Source: Candidatus Aenigmatarchaeota archaeon (GTDB lineage Archaea; Aenigmatarchaeota; Aenigmatarchaeia; Aenigmatarchaeales; JACQIB01). From it: a stretch of 64,000 nucleotides of DNA. The notes under the pieces are model-generated. The model saw only the letters and a program-made list of their open reading frames with translations, was not told the DNA's origin and did no database searches. Below are positions 60,233 to 64,000 of the stretch, one piece after another (the first letter of the stretch is position 1; each line of letters starts with the position of its first letter). Where the stretch lies: NCBI GenBank assembly GCA_043799675.1, contig JAZDNN010000024.1, forward strand, positions 7,418 to 71,417, in the 5' to 3' direction. The position numbers were made by a program, and so were the translations under genes.

Positions 60233-60595
60233 ATGACGAACATGAAACTTCCGTTAACGAAACCCGTGTTTGAACCGTTCTTCGGCCTTGTGAGACCGAA
60301 GCAGCCGCTGTTCAACATAGGCGGCACCGATTACAGGCAGATAACGCCGAAGAGGCCGATGGTCATACGGAAGGGATACAGCGTGAAGAGCTGCTTCTAC
60401 TACCGCGGGACAAAGACCTGCATGGGCGTGCAATGCTACTGGCCGAAGGTAGGAACATGCTCATTATACGACAGGCTGTATGCAAACACGAAGGGCGGAA
60501 GGATTGCGGCGATAAAGACCGACAGAATAAAGTTAATCAGGGCGAAACGTGCCAGGATGAAGGGCAGGCCCGCGAAGCCGTGGGGGAAGTCCTGA
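60233..60595 (+). CDS. small Cys-rich basic protein, tandem paralog 1
   Basis: 120 aa. It shares the core R.GY.V.SCFYYRGTKTCMGVQCYWPKVGTCSLY with the next gene. Confidence 0.5.
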   Translation: MTNMKLPLTKPVFEPFFGLVRPKQPLFNIGGTDYRQITPKRPMVIRKGYSVKSCFYYRGTKTCMGVQCYWPKVGTCSLYDRLYANTKGGRIAAIKTDRIKLIRAKRARMKGRPAKPWGKS

Positions 60596-60846
60596 TGCCG
60601 GTGCTCCGCCCGACCCCAAGAAGGCCGGAGCCGCGCTGCCCGACATTCATGCCGATGATAATCAGGGCCGGGGAATACAACAAGCTGGATTTCAAGAGAC
60701 CCGCGGTGTTGAGGAAGGGAAACGACGTGATAACATGCTATCTCTGGGAAGGGACCAAGCAGTGCCTGAAGGATGCGTGCTTCTGGCCGAGGTCAGGGAA
60801 GTGCAGCATTTTCAGCAAGATAGTCAAGAACGGCAAGAAGAACTGA
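60595..60846 (+). CDS. small Cys-rich basic protein, tandem paralog 2
   Basis: The ATG at 60595 overlaps the upstream TGA (ATGA). The 83 aa have the core RKGNDVITCYLWEGTKQCLKDACFWPRSGKCSIF. Confidence 0.5.
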   Translation: MPVLRPTPRRPEPRCPTFMPMIIRAGEYNKLDFKRPAVLRKGNDVITCYLWEGTKQCLKDACFWPRSGKCSIFSKIVKNGKKN

Positions 60847-61938
60847 TTATAACAATAATTTCTTCAGTTCCTCGTAGCCTGCATCCGTCTTTATCGCCGT
60901 GCAATCGAAATGGGTGCGGACAGCCAGCCTTCCGCTTTCATGCAACCTGAGCATCACATCTTCCGTGCCCTTTGCGGGCACCTTGAGCTTCGAAGCCAGA
61001 ACGTGCAGGTCCCAGTAGAAGGGAGGGGCATCAGCCTCTTCCATAATCTGGGAAAGCATCTTCGCCTCTGCCGGTTTTTGTTTGAAGTCCCTGCCTTTGA
61101 TATCATCGAGGACTTCATTGACGAATACCTTGTCCTGTATCGGACCCAGATAGATGGGGCCGGCGAACTGCCAGTTTTCAATGGGTTGTGAACCTGTGCG
61201 ATATTCGCCTGTCTTTGGATTGTAACTCACGAATTTGAACTTCTTCAGCAGACCTTCTATCTCGCCTGCATGCCCGATCCTTCCGTAGCAACGGAAATAA
61301 TGGCGCGTGGAATGGGAAAGCACCGGAACAAAAGCCCTGTCCCGGCGGGCGAACGTGAGGATTATGAACGAAACGAGGGTCCTCAGTCCCAATTCGGAAT
61401 AGAACGGCGCGCCCTTGAAGGTGACGATGCCGTACTTGCGGAAACAGGCGGCCGGGGCGGAGCCGCTCAGCGGGGCGGTGTCGGTGGCAGTGACGGCCAC
61501 GAAGCCCTTGTGCCAGACGCTGCGTGCAGCACCATCCAGGAAAAGATTGGGGGAACCGAACGGGTCGATGTCGATGAAATCGAACAGACGGTCATGGAAC
61601 AGCCTGTTCGCATCAACACAGGACGTCCTGCATCTTTTCTGAAGTTTGTTGAGCGTGATGTTCTTTTTGATTACTTTGACCGCGAACGGGTTCTTGTCGT
61701 TCAGCACTACCTCCTTCAGTCCTTCGACTTCGGCTGCATAGCGGAGGCCGCGCATCCCGGCGGCTGCCAATGCGTCACAGACCGTGAGCTTCTGCCTGCT
61801 GATTCTCTGCCAGGTCTGAAGGACGGAAATCGAGATGTCGCGCTGGAACTCGGCCGCGGGATTGTAGAACGCGCCCTTGCCGAGCGCAGGGGAGGCCCAG
61901 ACTTCGACCTTCCCTTCCCGGACTTTCTCAACACTCAT
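60847..61938 (-). CDS. trm1: tRNA (guanine26-N2)-dimethyltransferase Trm1
   Basis: 363 aa. Motifs are FYNP..EF.RD, DALAA.G.RGLRYA.E, IDIDPFGSP..FLD.A and TATD.A.L. Confidence 0.85.
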   Translation of the reverse strand: MSVEKVREGKVEVWASPALGKGAFYNPAAEFQRDISISVLQTWQRISRQKLTVCDALAAAGMRGLRYAAEVEGLKEVVLNDKNPFAVKVIKKNITLNKLQKRCRTSCVDANRLFHDRLFDFIDIDPFGSPNLFLDGAARSVWHKGFVAVTATDTAPLSGSAPAACFRKYGIVTFKGAPFYSELGLRTLVSFIILTFARRDRAFVPVLSHSTRHYFRCYGRIGHAGEIEGLLKKFKFVSYNPKTGEYRTGSQPIENWQFAGPIYLGPIQDKVFVNEVLDDIKGRDFKQKPAEAKMLSQIMEEADAPPFYWDLHVLASKLKVPAKGTEDVMLRLHESGRLAVRTHFDCTAIKTDAGYEELKKLLL

Positions 61939-62174
61939 ATGCCCACCAGAATCTTCCTGGCACCCTTCCTCTCAATTCTGGATTCCATGACATGCGAGAG
62001 GAAGCTCAGCAACCAGCAGGCAAGTGCAAGATAAGCGAACAAAAAATCGGAACTGCCTATCGCCATTACCGTGAAAACCGCTATGCCGTAGAAACCTATA
62101 TGTTCCAGCAGACCGAACAACCTGACCGCTTGCATATTACGATTGACGTAGGGACACCTTATAACTATAAAAGG

Positions 62175-63215
62175 ATGTGCACGCGTCAGTTGCGCATGCC
62201 CGTGGACTTCCTGAAAGTTCTGGCGGAGAAGAAGAACTTCGTCTGGCCGGAGCTGCAGAGCTATCTGCCGAAAGACGGCTGCCTGCACAGCAGGATGATC
62301 AGGGACTATCCGGAAAGGGGAGGAAAATACGTGCGTTCGGGCCTGGTGATGCTCGCCTGCGAGGCGTTCGGCGGGGACCCGAAGAAGGCGATAAAGACGG
62401 CGGCGGCGATGGAAGCCAGCCAGAACTGGATACTGATTCATGACGACATAGAGGATGATTCCGACGACAGGAGAGGGAAGCCAACGCTGCACAAGATGTA
62501 CGGAAGCGAGCTGGCAATCAATGCGGGCGATGCCCTTCATGTGCTCCAATGGAAGATGCTGGCCGACAACCGCCAGGTGCTCGGGGACGCGATGATGTGC
62601 AAAGTGCTCAATGAATTTTACAGCATCCTGGAAAGGACCACGCTGGGCCAGACCATCGAGATGGAATGGATAAAGAGCAACAACTTCAATTTCACCGAAA
62701 AGGACTACTACGTCATAAGCGATTCCAAGACAGGACTTTATACGATAACCGGGCCGATGAGGCTGGGCGCGATAATCGCGGGGGCCCAGGAACATGAAAT
62801 GGTCGCATTGGGAAAGTTCGGCATCCCGTTCGGGCGGGCGTTCCAGATACAGGACGACGTATTGAATCTGACAGCCGAACAGGCGAAGTACGGGAAGGAA
62901 ATCGGCGGAGACATCCTTGAGGGAAAGAGGACGCTGATGGTGGCACATCTTCTTGCCAACACCGACGGGCATGAAAAGCAAAAGGTGATTGAGATTTTCT
63001 CGAAGCCGCGCCAGCAGAAGACGCAGGAAGAGACGAAATGGGTGCTGGACATGATGAGAAGGAAAGGTAGCATAGATTTCGGGAAGCGGAAGAGCCTGGA
63101 ATTCGCAAGGGAAGCGGAACAAATCTTTGACAGGGAGATGGGGTTCCTGAAGGACAGCCCTGCAAAGGAAGCGCTAAGGGCGGGAATAGAATTCGTGGTC
63201 AAACGCGACCTTTAG
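62175..63215 (+). CDS. idsA: polyprenyl (geranylgeranyl) diphosphate synthase
   Basis: ATG at 62175 (alternative at 62196), preceded by ATAACTATAAAAGG. The first aspartate-rich motif is HDDIEDDSDDRRG and the second is QIQDDVLN. The upstream part of the track ORF is probably non-coding. Confidence 0.85.
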   Translation: MCTRQLRMPVDFLKVLAEKKNFVWPELQSYLPKDGCLHSRMIRDYPERGGKYVRSGLVMLACEAFGGDPKKAIKTAAAMEASQNWILIHDDIEDDSDDRRGKPTLHKMYGSELAINAGDALHVLQWKMLADNRQVLGDAMMCKVLNEFYSILERTTLGQTIEMEWIKSNNFNFTEKDYYVISDSKTGLYTITGPMRLGAIIAGAQEHEMVALGKFGIPFGRAFQIQDDVLNLTAEQAKYGKEIGGDILEGKRTLMVAHLLANTDGHEKQKVIEIFSKPRQQKTQEETKWVLDMMRRKGSIDFGKRKSLEFAREAEQIFDREMGFLKDSPAKEALRAGIEFVVKRDL

Positions 63216-63282
63216 CCGCCTTTTAAGCGTGATTTTTTTAATACGGCAATCGGTGAATAAGGCAATTGTCGCGGTCTGCGTT

Positions 63283-63936
63283 ATGTATGGAAAGGACGTG
63301 GATGTTGTGATGCCGAACCGGTCGATTCCGAATATGATTGGACGAAGTATTGCTTTCACGGACTGCACCGACATGTACATGGACGAGGTGAGGCCGCTGG
63401 CGGAAAGGTTCGGTCTTTACGGGGCGTACATGGAATCCAAGTCCAATCTTGACGGAAAGAAACTGAAGAAATACTCGATGCTTCTGCAAGGGCACAGCCT
63501 CGGCGAGGTGGAAGGCATGATGACCGCCGAACCGTTCGAGGGCGCCAGGGGCGTCATACACGCCCTGAAGAACTCGGGCTACGAGGTGCATGTGATAAGC
63601 GACAACCCGCTGCTTACCCTCCCCGGGGCGTCCAAGAAGCTGTACCAGCTCGGTATAGGATACATCCATCCGACCATCAAGCTGGACGTCAGGAACGGCT
63701 GTTTCACCGGCTATCTGGACAGCTACAGGCCGAAGGAGGAGATAGTGATGGAAGTGGTGAGAAAGATGCAGCCCGACCGCATTATCGGGATAGGGCACGC
63801 GAACAACGACAGGGACATGCTGGAAATCGTGAAGGATCTTGAGGGGACCACGATAGCCATCGGGAAAGAACTCGAAGCCGACCACAACGTGAATGATCTG
63901 GACGAGCTCGCCCGCCTGATTCCGATGCTCCCATGA
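63283..63936 (+). CDS. HAD-superfamily hydrolase-like protein
   Basis: The start is uncertain (ATG at 63283, 63310 or 63334). It has a motif-I-like FTDCTD, VHVISDNP and the GIGHANNDRDMLE motif IV. Family level only. Confidence 0.45.
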   Translation: MYGKDVDVVMPNRSIPNMIGRSIAFTDCTDMYMDEVRPLAERFGLYGAYMESKSNLDGKKLKKYSMLLQGHSLGEVEGMMTAEPFEGARGVIHALKNSGYEVHVISDNPLLTLPGASKKLYQLGIGYIHPTIKLDVRNGCFTGYLDSYRPKEEIVMEVVRKMQPDRIIGIGHANNDRDMLEIVKDLEGTTIAIGKELEADHNVNDLDELARLIPMLP

Positions 63937-64000
63937 ACTTTTAAACACCGCAAAGCATCTGCAGCGTATGCTCAACCAAAGGGTGATGGTCACCGCGGTG

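Noticed and set aside
61935-63122. 395-aa minus-strand ORF
   Set aside because: It is antisense to the polyprenyl synthase gene, which has both DDxxD motifs. Shadow ORF.
1-64000. CRISPR arrays, rRNA genes, inteins, IS elements with terminal inverted repeats, and integrases
   Set aside because: - I saw no regularly spaced direct repeats.
- There is no rRNA-like sequence.
- RtcB and the other proteins lack intein blocks.
- No transposase or integrase motifs were recognised. The only mobile-type genes are the DGR RT and the two LAGLIDADG genes.

Overview
This 64 kb window is a gene-dense fragment of an archaeal chromosome. All calls were made by eye from the sequence and the ORF track, with no searches run. 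I support about 90 CDS and 5 tRNA genes, and I see no rRNA and no CRISPR array.

The gene content is typical archaeal housekeeping:
- Ribosomal and RNA-binding proteins: L31e, L39e, S19e, L37e, S8e, L35Ae, S26e, an Sm protein and a histone.
- Transcription and translation: TFB, aIF5A and Rpo4/F.
- RNA processing and modification: FtsY, prefoldin alpha, a class I CCA-adding enzyme, Trm1, KsgA, ArgRS, RtcB and archease.
- Lipid synthesis: geranylgeranyl reductase and GGPP synthase.

These sit among many small lineage-specific hypotheticals, lysine-rich protein tails and surface proteins. That mix suggests a small-genome DPANN-like archaeon, possibly ARMAN/Micrarchaeota-like, but this is inference only. 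Many long ORFs in the track are antisense shadows of real genes and were not called.

Headline observations:
1. A diversity-generating retroelement (DGR) lies at 52.9-56.7 kb on the minus strand. It has an RT, a template repeat (TR) and three tandem target genes, each carrying a variable repeat (VR). TR/VR differences are adenine-specific.
2. The genomic TR is interrupted by three short insertions of 17, 31 and 33 nt. Each folds as a textbook archaeal bulge-helix-bulge (BHB) intron. Only the spliced 92-nt TR is colinear with the VRs.
3. The rtcB gene, which encodes the RNA-splicing ligase, is itself interrupted by a 31-nt BHB intron whose removal exactly restores the conserved MPDxHxGYGFPIGG frame.
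4. All five tRNA genes contain BHB introns, 12 in total. tRNA-Met(CAU) has four and tRNA-Lys has three, and some sit at non-canonical D-loop, D-stem and T-loop positions. That makes 16 predicted BHB introns in 64 kb.

Secondary items are two LAGLIDADG+HTH genes, tandem cysteine-repeat surface proteins, a DNRLRE-type giant glycoprotein, and two clusters of unknown function.
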